Of a stretch of DNA of 64,000 nt, positions 1-8,276 are shown piece after piece. The translations under genes were made by a program, and so were the position numbers. The notes beneath the pieces are model-generated. The model had not been told where the DNA came from. It saw only the letters and a program-made list of their open reading frames with translations, and searched no databases. The stretch comes from Candidatus Saccharimonadales bacterium (GTDB lineage: Bacteria; Patescibacteriota; Saccharimonadia; Saccharimonadales; DASZAF01). Position 1 is the first letter of the stretch. Every line of letters starts with the position of its first letter. The DNA lies in contig DASZAF010000028.1 in the NCBI GenBank assembly GCA_035945435.1, forward strand, positions 692 to 64,691, read 5' to 3'.

Positions 1-774
1 TAGCGATTGAGGATCTCACCATCCGGCATTCTGACTACCCGGCGGTAGGCGACCTGTCGGTCTTTGAGCTTATCGACCCCGTTCATCCAGAAGTGGTACT
101 CGCGGCGCATATACGGCAGATAGCGGGCCAGACTACGTTTTTTGCCCTTATGGGTGCCGACCAGGTCGACCATGAAGGCAAAATATGGCGGCTCAGAGCG
201 ACTGGCCTGATAGGTGGTGCTGGCGTTCGGGATATAGCCGAATTTCCGGATAAGGTAGACGAAATCCTTCATGATCCCCTCGATAAGATCCCACTTGCCA
301 GCAGTTGCCAGGCCGAGCATAGCAAAGTAGGTGTCCCAGTAATAGAGGGCCCTGAAGCGACCTCCGGGTACGATAAACGGATAAGGTACGGGGATAAGGG
401 CGCTTTTACTGTCGAGCGTTTCGCGGGTCAGAATATCCCACAGCTCGTTGATATGCTCTTCGATCGTATGGTTCGGATCTGTATGGTAGGCAGGCCCCTG
501 GACCAGATACTTATGGAAGTGTTTGTCGACAAAAGCATGTAAGTTAAAACCAGGTGTTTGACGCTGCAGCTCATAGAGGTCGAGAATCTTCTTTAGTCTG
601 ACAGCTGGCACTAGGTCGACAAAGGTGATGCCGTCACGATAGACACGCTGTGTCTGGACGTCTTGAAAGAGTTCACCGAGGAGTTCATCTGGCGACTTGG
701 TTGATGGTTGTATAGGGGTCGCGCTATCGATTCGGTGGAGAATATGTCTGAGGGCGTGCAGGGGCTTTGGCAAG
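1..774 (-). CDS. Trehalase (glycoside hydrolase family 37), N-terminal ~258 codons; the C-terminus lies beyond the window edge
   Basis: Absent from the ORF track because it runs off the window. My minus-strand translation from TTG (774-772) reads ...PDELLGELFQDVQTQRVYRDGITFVDLVP...YPFIVPGGRFRALYYWDTYFAMLGL...YQASRSEPPYFAFMV... This matches conserved GH37 trehalase blocks (LF..VQ, PGGRF.E.YYWD.YF, RS.PP). The start codon is uncertain. Confidence 0.85.
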
Positions 775-833
775 TGGCTCTAATCCGTTTAGTGAACTAC
801 ATAATCAACTATATCACCCCGTTGCCTATGGGG

Positions 834-1340
834 TTAAGTAGAGATGGCGGCAACAATATCGTCAACAACTGTGTCCAGCGGTCTGTTGGCGTCGATAGTA
901 ACTGCCGTGGGGATCCTCAACAGTTTCTTCTGCAGGTGGACATGGTAGGCAAGAATACCCTTCAACTCGTCGGGATGTTTACCAAAGTCGTTATTCGTCC
1001 GGTTCAGGAGGCGGCGGCGCACTGTAGCCGGGGTGGCTGTCAACACGAATATCTTATCGAAAAGATCGTAAAACTGGGCCTGGTTGGAGACTATCGCACC
1101 GACAAAGACAGTCTCGTCGCTAGCAAGCAGCTTCTTGAGCTCCTCCCCTTGCCAGTTCCATGCATATTTCGACCAGTCGATCGGTTTAGGCGGCCAATCG
1201 ACTGCTCGGCCCGACATATCTTCGAGGCGTGTCGCCGGTAGATCATCGGTATTATATGCAGTATAGCCTCTACGGCGTAGTGCTTCGATGACGCTCGACT
1301 TACCAGAGCCGGAGTTACCAGTTATCAGATAGGATGGCAT
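834..1340 (-). CDS. P-loop NTPase, small kinase-like AAA protein (substrate unknown)
   Basis: Track ORF 834..1364. Walker A motif ITGNSGSGKSSV. I prefer the second Met (MPSYLITG, 1340), which puts the P-loop near the N-terminus. Size of about 170 aa fits small nucleotide-kinase-like proteins. Confidence 0.7.
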   Translation of the reverse strand: MPSYLITGNSGSGKSSVIEALRRRGYTAYNTDDLPATRLEDMSGRAVDWPPKPIDWSKYAWNWQGEELKKLLASDETVFVGAIVSNQAQFYDLFDKIFVLTATPATVRRRLLNRTNNDFGKHPDELKGILAYHVHLQKKLLRIPTAVTIDANRPLDTVVDDIVAAIST

Positions 1341-1424
1341 TACATAAAGATAGCACAGATGCACGCCACCAGCAGCAGCTGTTTATAAGAGAGTTTGCAA
1401 ACATAAGCGTAATGTGTTAATATA

Positions 1425-1721
1425 GTGAATATGAATCAAGGGCCTCAACAAGAACCTCACTACCCTGACGACGGGGGTCTCTTTGACGACAGACCCTTTG
1501 CCGCTGCCGGTAGTGGGCGTGAAACCTCTGGTGATCGTGATAGGCGCCGGCTTCTGGCCGAGGCTGGCCGTCTAGCGGCTGAGGGTAGAGCGACCCGTAG
1601 AAGGCAGTGGGTTAGACGCGGACGACCAACACACACTCCCCCACCCTGGTCGGAAGTGCAAGCGCGCATGGCCGCCTTACATGACGACGAAACAGGTGGC
1701 GAACGTGAGGAAGAGGACTAG
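1425..1721 (+). CDS. Hypothetical small Arg/Asp/Gly-rich protein
   Basis: 98-aa ORF in an otherwise empty gap. Locally GC-rich (about 57-67% in the 60-nt blocks I counted). An antisense ORF of similar length exists, so coding status is unsure. No recognisable motif. Confidence 0.35.
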   Translation: MNMNQGPQQEPHYPDDGGLFDDRPFAAAGSGRETSGDRDRRRLLAEAGRLAAEGRATRRRQWVRRGRPTHTPPPWSEVQARMAALHDDETGGEREEED

Positions 1722-1725
1722 TCGC

Positions 1726-2823
1726 TTACTCCCAGCGGAAGACGTAGAACGCGACGATATAGATGACCACACCCCAGGCCGCAATCAGACCGATCTGCGG
1801 TAAGACCTGCGGCAAGGTCTTACCCTCAGCTACGATATAGCGCATTCCGTCAACGACAGGAGACAGCGGTAAGTACCCGGAGATATGCTGGAGCCATTCA
1901 GGCATCAGATAGCGGGGGAAAAAGCTTCCACTTAGAAACATCATCGGTATACCAACCAGGTTAGCCAGAGGCGCAGCCTGTTTTTCGTCTTTAGCCCAGC
2001 CGGCGATAGTTAGGCCGAATCCGAAAATCATGACGATCGAGAGAATAGCGAAGACAATCAAGGAGAGGTAGCTCCCGTGCATATGGAAATTGAAAATCCT
2101 GACAGCCAAAAAGTACATCAAGGCCAACGAGAGAAGACCGACCACCACATACTGGGCCGCTGTAGCCATAACCAACTGGGAGGCTCTGATCGGTGAGACC
2201 CGCAGCCTCCTCAGAGCTCCGTTGGCCTTGTCGGTAGCAAAACCGTTTGCCATCCCGAAGATGCCAAGAGAGAGGATCGAGAAACCGAGCAGCCCCGAGA
2301 AGGTATAGTCGAACTCAGTCAGATTCGTTGTCTGAGCCGGTTCGGAAGCGACCTTAAGTGGCTTCTGCTGATGGTAGAAGTGGTTGTTGGTTGTATCAAG
2401 AATACTCTGGAGGACAGTCGAAAGTTGCTGCCCGCTTTGCGGGTTGGCTTGCTCATAATAACTGACAGCCGTGCCGGCTGGCACCCCTTGACTGTCCGGC
2501 TCTCCAAAGCCCGGCGGCAAGACGACAATACTGTCTAGCTGGCCTTCGCCAAGCTCTGTTTTTGCCGTGCTCATGGAGTCGACGTTGGCGACGTTAAAAC
2601 CTTTTGTCTTTTCAATCTCTTTGACAAGACCGTTTGCATACGGCGTCTTAGCATCATTGAAGACGGCCACATGGAAGTGAAAAGCGCTCGTCTTAAAGAG
2701 CGAGCCAAAGATGAGCAGGAAGATGACTGGGAAGAGGAAAGTAAAGAAGAGGGCGACACGATTACGGAAGAATCGCCTCAGCTGCATCCTAACAAGGCTG
2801 CGGACGGCCATAAAGTACTGCAT
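1726..2823 (-). CDS. ABC-2 type transporter permease
   Basis: 365 aa. N-terminal TM helix, a long extracytoplasmic loop, then about 5 C-terminal TM helices. Its ATG shares 1 nt with the TGA of the upstream ATPase (TGATG at 2821-2825), the typical ABC-2 exporter pair layout. Confidence 0.85.
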   Translation of the reverse strand: MQYFMAVRSLVRMQLRRFFRNRVALFFTFLFPVIFLLIFGSLFKTSAFHFHVAVFNDAKTPYANGLVKEIEKTKGFNVANVDSMSTAKTELGEGQLDSIVVLPPGFGEPDSQGVPAGTAVSYYEQANPQSGQQLSTVLQSILDTTNNHFYHQQKPLKVASEPAQTTNLTEFDYTFSGLLGFSILSLGIFGMANGFATDKANGALRRLRVSPIRASQLVMATAAQYVVVGLLSLALMYFLAVRIFNFHMHGSYLSLIVFAILSIVMIFGFGLTIAGWAKDEKQAAPLANLVGIPMMFLSGSFFPRYLMPEWLQHISGYLPLSPVVDGMRYIVAEGKTLPQVLPQIGLIAAWGVVIYIVAFYVFRWE

Positions 2824-3578
2824 CAGTCTCTCAACTCCTTCCCGGTCAGATCAATAAAGACATCTTCGAGTGTCGCCTGCTGGACCTCAATATGCTTCTT
2901 AAAGCCCTTGGCGAGCAGTTTCTTGATCAGATCTTTGGGAGTATCCAGGGTGATAATCTTGCCGCCGTCCATGATAGCTACCCGATGACAGAGAAGCTGA
3001 GCCTCTTCCATATAGTGGGTAGTCAGTATGACCGTGATCCCCTTCTTCTTGATCTGCTGTATGAGTTCCCATAAGTTACGGCGTGCCTGAGGGTCAAGAC
3101 CAGTCGTCGGCTCATCGAGAAAGAGGATTCGCGGTTCGTTGACAAGGGCCGAAGCGATACTGAAGCGCTGCTTCTGCCCGCCAGAGAGTTCTTTGATGGT
3201 ACTCTTGGCCTTTTCGCTCAGTTTGACTTCCTCAAGCAGGGCCATCGCATCGACACGCTGCCCGTAGAGGCTGGCGAACATGTCCAGAAGCTCGGTCAAC
3301 GTCAGTTTGTCGAAGAAGGAACTACTCTGTAACTGCACTCCTATGATCTGTTTGACCTTTTGGGGTTCTTTGGCAACGTCGAGACCGTCAAGAATAACCT
3401 CGCCACTATCGATCGTTCTGAGCGCTTCGATCATCTCTAATGTAGTTGTCTTGCCCGCTCCGTTGGGACCGATAATACCGAAGACCTCGTCTTCCTTGAC
3501 TGTAAATGAGACATCGTTGACGACCTTCTTGCCGCCATAGGACTTGGTTAGATGGGATACTTTCAAAATATCTGGCAT
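2823..3578 (-). CDS. ABC transporter ATP-binding protein (ABC-2/DrrA-like)
   Basis: Walker A GPNGAGKTT, signature LSGGQKQR, Walker B ILFLDEPTTGLD. Shine-Dalgarno GAGGAAAG just upstream of the ATG. Confidence 0.95.
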   Translation of the reverse strand: MPDILKVSHLTKSYGGKKVVNDVSFTVKEDEVFGIIGPNGAGKTTTLEMIEALRTIDSGEVILDGLDVAKEPQKVKQIIGVQLQSSSFFDKLTLTELLDMFASLYGQRVDAMALLEEVKLSEKAKSTIKELSGGQKQRFSIASALVNEPRILFLDEPTTGLDPQARRNLWELIQQIKKKGITVILTTHYMEEAQLLCHRVAIMDGGKIITLDTPKDLIKKLLAKGFKKHIEVQQATLEDVFIDLTGKELRD

Positions 3579-3633
3579 GCTTTCCTCAATATATCACGAA
3601 ACCGGAGGAGCCATTAGGCCCCCCCGGCATATT

Positions 3634-3658
3634 AAAAAATCGTCTGACTAAGGACGAT
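3634..3658 (-). terminator. Rho-independent terminator candidate after the 66-aa gene
   Basis: Minus strand reads ATCGTC-cttagtca-GACGAT followed by TTTTT, starting directly after the stop codon at 3659-3661. Confidence 0.55.
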
Positions 3659-3859
3659 CTACTTCTTCTTAAGGGTCAAGAAACCGTTTCGTGGGTTCTC
3701 GTTCACAACTCGGTCAGATGGGAGCTCGTCAACAGCTTCGGCGTCTCGTACGTCCTTGGCGAAGTAATAAATGCGCTGCTGCTTGCCACCACGCAGAGTG
3801 ACTACTTTAGAATGCAGGTAGTAAGTTACCCCCTTCGAGTTGGTATAAGAGTAAGCCAT
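3659..3859 (-). CDS. Small conserved hypothetical protein (66 aa)
   Basis: Strong SD AAGGAGGA 5 nt upstream of the ATG and its own terminator hairpin. Basic protein with a Lys-rich tail (MAYSYTNSKGVTYYLHSK...RIYYFAKD...NPRNGFLTLKKK). Function unknown. Confidence 0.7.
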   Translation of the reverse strand: MAYSYTNSKGVTYYLHSKVVTLRGGKQQRIYYFAKDVRDAEAVDELPSDRVVNENPRNGFLTLKKK

Positions 3860-3977
3860 GGTCTTCCTCCTTATTAGTTGCCTACGTAATCATACCTTAC
3901 GCTGTCGGTAAACTGTTTGTCAATGATATTTCAAGAGAAAGACAGTGATTTTACTTCTTTCAGCCTGTTGTAAGGTG

Positions 3978-4592
3978 TTAGACGTGGCGTCGTAAAAACC
4001 ACCTCCCAAGCTGTTCCCCGAAGGCCCGAACAACTATCAGCAGGGCTAGCAAGAACGTCACTAGAACAGAGAAGCCAGCCAGGTCGGGGCTCCAAGTGGG
4101 CGAGTAGAATTGGTACGAGAAAAGAGCAACTGGTGGATAGTGAACGAACAGGTTGGGGTTGGTCCCGCTGGCAGCAGCCCTCGTCTTGTCGATAACGCAC
4201 TGAGCGTAGACGATATAGTCACTGTTAACACAAGCTGCCTGGGCCTGTTGGTAGACCCCGGGGTCTGCTACGGTGTTACTCGAGGCAGCCTGCTCGGTCA
4301 GCTTTTCGACGACACGCTGGTAACTATATTGCAACTCAAGTGGCTGGCTCATACGGGTGTTCATATGATCCATCATGTACGCACGCAGATTACTCAAAGC
4401 CCCAGCGACGTTCCCGTTTTCCTGGTCGGCCCTAACGACGGCTGTGCGCCTTGTAATCATGCCGAGGTTATTCTGTCGGAGCAGATATATACTCAGTAGT
4501 CCGAAGACGATGGTCGCCAGTATCAACTGCCAGATCCTGATCTTCAAAAACTGCTTTAGATAATGATTGATCTTACCCTTGTCGAGCGTCAT
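3978..4592 (-). CDS. Hypothetical membrane protein (N- and C-terminal TM helices)
   Basis: 204-aa ORF. TM helices IWQLILATIVFGLLSIYLL and FSVLVTFLLALLIVV flank a soluble domain of about 130 aa. The overlapping track ORFs are antisense or alternate-frame shadows. Confidence 0.6.
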   Translation of the reverse strand: MTLDKGKINHYLKQFLKIRIWQLILATIVFGLLSIYLLRQNNLGMITRRTAVVRADQENGNVAGALSNLRAYMMDHMNTRMSQPLELQYSYQRVVEKLTEQAASSNTVADPGVYQQAQAACVNSDYIVYAQCVIDKTRAAASGTNPNLFVHYPPVALFSYQFYSPTWSPDLAGFSVLVTFLLALLIVVRAFGEQLGRWFLRRHV

Positions 4593-4650
4593 CTTACGCT
4601 CATTATACCGTCCATTTGCCGCTTACGGTGGCCTAGAGTAAGGTTATAGT

Positions 4651-5937
4651 ATGCATGTATATTTCTCTGGCCTCGGGGGAGTCGCCATCGGCCCGCTCGC
4701 CCTTATCGCCCAAGATCTTGGCTATGAAGTCTCTGGTTCAGATATCCAGCGGTCCCGTTTAACGGATATCGTTAAGGAGCGGGGTGTAGACGTCAAGATC
4801 GGCCAGGATGGTAGCCAGATCGCTGCAGCCCACACTCAGTCGCCAATAGACTGGATAGTTGTTACGTCGTCACTGCCTGAAAGCCACCCAGAGTTGGCCT
4901 TTGCCAAGAAACACAATATCAAGCTGACCAAGCGCGATGAGCTCATCAACCATATCTTAAAAGAGCAAGATCTTAAGTTAGTAGCCATCAGCGGCACTCA
5001 CGGCAAGACCACGACTACAGCCATGATCACCTGGCTCTTCAAACAGCTCAACGAGCCTGTCAGTTACTCGATCGGTACCGTTGTTCCGTTTGGCCCCTAC
5101 GGTCAGTTCCAGAAAGGTAGCCATTACTTCATCTACGAATGCGACGAATACGACCACAACTTCCTCGCCTTTCACCCTCATCTTGGGGTCATCACGACCA
5201 TTGACTACGACCATCCCGACACTTACCCGACTAAAGAGAGCTACCAGGCTGCCTTCGGCCAATTCGCCTCCCAGTGCGGGCAGTTGGTTGTCTGGGAAGA
5301 CGACCTGAGCAAGCTGGATAACCATCATCTGAAGCCAGTCGTTCTCACCTATGCTGACGTACCTGACAGAAAGCAGTTACCACTCGTTGGTGAACACGTC
5401 AGACAGAACGCCTACCAAGCAATGAGAGCCTACCAGATGCTCGCAGGTGCTAAGAAAGCCGATGAGTCGGAGCTCCTAGCCATCCTTGGCAAGTACCCGG
5501 GTACCGACAGACGCCTGGAAGTACTGGCACGTTCCCCGGCCGGTGGCGCAATCTATACGACATACGCTCATCACCCGAAAGAGATCAAGGTCGATCTCCA
5601 AGCAGTCCGAGAGGTAGCCGACGAGGTCATCGTCGTCTACCAGCCCCATCAGAACACCCGCCAACACGCCATTGCGAAAGAGTATCGAGATGCCTTCGAT
5701 CAGGCCGCCCATGTCTACTGGTTGCCGACCTATATCACCCGAGAGCAGGAAGACCTACCCATCCTCTCACCCGCCGAGCTTATCAAAAACCTGGCCGATT
5801 CCAACAAAGCTGAGCCGGCCGAGATGAACGACGCACTGATCCAGAAAATCAAGGAAGACCTCAACAGAGGTGCCCATGTCATCTTTATGGGTGCGGGCCC
5901 GATCGACGACTGGGCTCGCCAGAATTTCAAGATCTAA
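4651..5937 (+). CDS. murC: Mur ligase family protein, UDP-N-acetylmuramate--L-alanine ligase-like (MurC/Mpl type)
   Basis: N-terminal Rossmann motif FSGLGGVAIGPLALIAQDLGYEVSGSD. ATP-binding P-loop ISGTHGKTTTTAMITW. C-terminal Mur ligase domain. At 428 aa it is shorter than E. coli MurC, so MurC versus Mpl cannot be settled by eye. Confidence 0.8.
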   Translation: MHVYFSGLGGVAIGPLALIAQDLGYEVSGSDIQRSRLTDIVKERGVDVKIGQDGSQIAAAHTQSPIDWIVVTSSLPESHPELAFAKKHNIKLTKRDELINHILKEQDLKLVAISGTHGKTTTTAMITWLFKQLNEPVSYSIGTVVPFGPYGQFQKGSHYFIYECDEYDHNFLAFHPHLGVITTIDYDHPDTYPTKESYQAAFGQFASQCGQLVVWEDDLSKLDNHHLKPVVLTYADVPDRKQLPLVGEHVRQNAYQAMRAYQMLAGAKKADESELLAILGKYPGTDRRLEVLARSPAGGAIYTTYAHHPKEIKVDLQAVREVADEVIVVYQPHQNTRQHAIAKEYRDAFDQAAHVYWLPTYITREQEDLPILSPAELIKNLADSNKAEPAEMNDALIQKIKEDLNRGAHVIFMGAGPIDDWARQNFKI

Positions 5938-6380
5938 TAGTTGGCGGCGCAGATTGCTGTCTGCTGAGAGGTCTTGTTGGCGGCCCCGCAGTCAGTTAAG
6001 ACACGGGTGGTCAGGTTATTCAACTGCTGGTTACTAAAACCGTTGTAGCTTTGGATGCTATTAAGCTGCGACTGAATACTACTCTTCTCATTATTGATAA
6101 CCTCGGAGGTCACCGGGCCGGTCGTATTGTAGTTTTGATTGTCGTTAACCTGGATCAGCTGCTGGTTAGGGATACCGTTTAGGCCCGGCCGAGTGATGTC
6201 TAGGGCGTAGTCGGGATTGTTGACGTAGAGAAAAGCACTGATCAGAACTAGAACGAGAGACATAATGATGGAGACGGTCAGAAAACCGAAGAGGCTGAAC
6301 TGGTGAGAACGCTCTCCCCATGTCTGCTGCAACAGGTTGGCGGCCAGTGCATCAAAGCGTGTCTTGATTCGCTCAATCAC
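5934..6380 (-). CDS. Hypothetical N-terminally anchored Asn/Gln-rich protein
   Basis: 148 aa with one TM helix (FSLFGFLTVSIIMSLVLVLISAFLY). Overlaps the upstream gene by 4 nt (ATGA), so it is probably co-translated in the operon with 6377..7719. Confidence 0.6.
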   Translation of the reverse strand: MIERIKTRFDALAANLLQQTWGERSHQFSLFGFLTVSIIMSLVLVLISAFLYVNNPDYALDITRPGLNGIPNQQLIQVNDNQNYNTTGPVTSEVINNEKSSIQSQLNSIQSYNGFSNQQLNNLTTRVLTDCGAANKTSQQTAICAANY

Positions 6381-6913
6381 TGGGTTGCTCCTTGTTGGCC
6401 AGAGGTTGGCGGTTTCAGTGCGGATATCTCTTGGATGTACTGACCAAGCTGTTGGTTGAGACTTTGGACGTCACGATTGGTGTCGGCCCGTGCTTCCTGG
6501 GTTTCAGTCAGGATGTTGTAGAACTGCTGTGGATTACTGGCACAGTTAAGAGATAGGCCGTTCTCGAGCAGAATAGCATAATTATTGAAATCGTTCTGGA
6601 ACTGATTCTCCGAGGAGTTGAGCAACTGGGTCGTACTAGTGATGGCTTTGCTTTTGACGTTATCGTTGCCGAGTCGGGTAGTGAAGGCTGAAGCCTGAGC
6701 CACGACAGCTCCGTAAAGGTTGCCCAAGTTTATCCGCAGAACCACATCGTCCCGTCTCAGATGCTGCATACCGACCTGGCCTACGTAGCAGTTATTAGCC
6801 ACCACACCCAGCTGCTGTTGGCTGAGACTAACTGCAGAAGCCGGCGAGACAACCAGTGAGGTTGCGGCCAGCAAAACCCCTGTTAGAGCTACTGATAGGT
6901 GTCGTAGTTTCAT
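6377..6913 (-). CDS. Hypothetical secreted protein
   Basis: 178 aa. Signal-peptide-like N-terminus MKLRHLSVALTGVLLAATSLVVSPASA. 4-nt overlaps with both neighbours. Confidence 0.6.
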   Translation of the reverse strand: MKLRHLSVALTGVLLAATSLVVSPASAVSLSQQQLGVVANNCYVGQVGMQHLRRDDVVLRINLGNLYGAVVAQASAFTTRLGNDNVKSKAITSTTQLLNSSENQFQNDFNNYAILLENGLSLNCASNPQQFYNILTETQEARADTNRDVQSLNQQLGQYIQEISALKPPTSGQQGATQ

Positions 6914-7719
6914 CTTCCCTTCAATTGTACACGACTGCCAACCTCTTCAACGAGCCCGTCTTTAACCAGTCGATCGATAACCGACTGGAGACGCTCGTCA
7001 CCAATCACCTCAGCCAGTTCGTGTCTATTTAATGGCCTTTCAGCGAGCAGTTTGACAACCGTGCCCCGCAGCTGTCTCGATGAACCTGCAAAAGTCGACT
7101 GGCGGGTGTAGTGACGGCTCCGATGGTTCTGGTTGCCAATAGTCTTCTTGAGAGACGTGCCATAGTCCATCAGCGCCCAATACCACTCCCGAGGTTGAGT
7201 AACGTCAAGCGTCCGTTCGACAATGGGTACGATCTCTTTGTCATCAACACCTGATCGGTCGGCGAAGAAGTGATGAAGATAGACTGTCCGAATATTGGTC
7301 TCGATAAAGACTGCCGGCAGATTATAGGCGTAGGCGAGGATGGCTCCAGCAGTTTGGGGCCCTACTCCAGGTAATGCTTCGAGATCATCGACAGTTTTGG
7401 GGAGCAGACCGTGATAACTACCAACCACTCGCTTCGACAGTTGGTGCAAGTAGTTGGCCCGGCGGTTATAGCCAAGACCCACCCACTGGATGAGAACTTC
7501 GTCGAGAGGAGCACCCGCTAAAGCTGCGAACGTCGGAAAACGTTTGGTGAAGGACTCAAATTTGGGAATAACCCGTTCGACCTGTGTCTGCTGGAGCATG
7601 ATTTCTGAGACAACGACGTTATAGGGAGTCGGCTGCGCTCGCCACGGCATCGTCCGCCCATGCAGTTTGTAATGAGCCCATACGAGACGCCTAAACTGGC
7701 TATCAAGGATGGTCTGCAT
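6910..7719 (-). CDS. HhH-GPD base-excision glycosylase, MutY-like, without Fe-S cluster ligands
   Basis: PWR..PTPYNVVVSEIMLQQTQVERVIPKFESF...GLGYNRRANYL...LPGVGPQTAGAILAYAY...ALMDYG matches the MutY catalytic core. The 269-aa protein contains no cysteine. Its C-terminus looks like a small winged-helix-type domain rather than the MutT-like domain. Confidence 0.8.
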   Translation of the reverse strand: MQTILDSQFRRLVWAHYKLHGRTMPWRAQPTPYNVVVSEIMLQQTQVERVIPKFESFTKRFPTFAALAGAPLDEVLIQWVGLGYNRRANYLHQLSKRVVGSYHGLLPKTVDDLEALPGVGPQTAGAILAYAYNLPAVFIETNIRTVYLHHFFADRSGVDDKEIVPIVERTLDVTQPREWYWALMDYGTSLKKTIGNQNHRSRHYTRQSTFAGSSRQLRGTVVKLLAERPLNRHELAEVIGDERLQSVIDRLVKDGLVEEVGSRVQLKGR

Positions 7720-7726
7720 AACTCTG

Positions 7727-8275
7727 TCAGACAGCTTCCTCAGGACCTGGGTTCCTTAAATAGTGAACATTATCCGGCGTATATGCGTCGAGTGCCGTGT
7801 GAACCCGTCGAGCTTTACGCCAGTTGGCCATAGCTTCTACGCCCCAAAAGACTGTTGGTAGTGTAGTCGCGAAGGGAGAGACAAAGCTAGCTGGTCCGGA
7901 CAATCCTAGAAAAAGAGGACCAAGTGTCGAGCCACCTTGCCTAAGTCGATCTGCACGAGGCGATGAACGATCTGGGGCATCTACCGGAATAATATCTCCG
8001 ATTCTGTCAGCATATTCTACGGCCTTACGACGATAACGGTCCCCGGCTGCGTTCACGACCATCATTGCCGCAGCTGCACCAAGACGGACAAGACCCGCGA
8101 GCGTACCTTTGCTAAGCATAAACTCGGGAAGATGCCTGCGGAGGGCTATCGACAGCGCAAGAGCCGCCCCAGCCAGGACAATCTGGGCACCTCGTTCCTC
8201 GTAGACTCGACGCGGCAGCCGACGTTCAGCACTCTCCCATGCTGTAAGTGCTTCCGGTGAATCTGGTTCAGACAT
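7727..8275 (-). CDS. Hypothetical membrane protein, Arg/Ala-rich
   Basis: The track ORF extends to 8401 but overlaps aspS. I trimmed it to the Met at 8275 (MSEPDSPEAL...), 1 nt downstream of the aspS stop codon (8277-8279). About 3 hydrophobic segments. No family recognised. Confidence 0.5.
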   Translation of the reverse strand: MSEPDSPEALTAWESAERRLPRRVYEERGAQIVLAGAALALSIALRRHLPEFMLSKGTLAGLVRLGAAAAMMVVNAAGDRYRRKAVEYADRIGDIIPVDAPDRSSPRADRLRQGGSTLGPLFLGLSGPASFVSPFATTLPTVFWGVEAMANWRKARRVHTALDAYTPDNVHYLRNPGPEEAV

Positions 8276-8276
8276 A

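Noticed and set aside
93-1241. Track ORFs 93..542(+) and 708..1241(+)
   Set aside because: They lie antisense to a clear GH37 trehalase frame (1-774) and to the P-loop kinase gene (834-1340). Their translations have no motifs and odd composition, so they are shadow ORFs.
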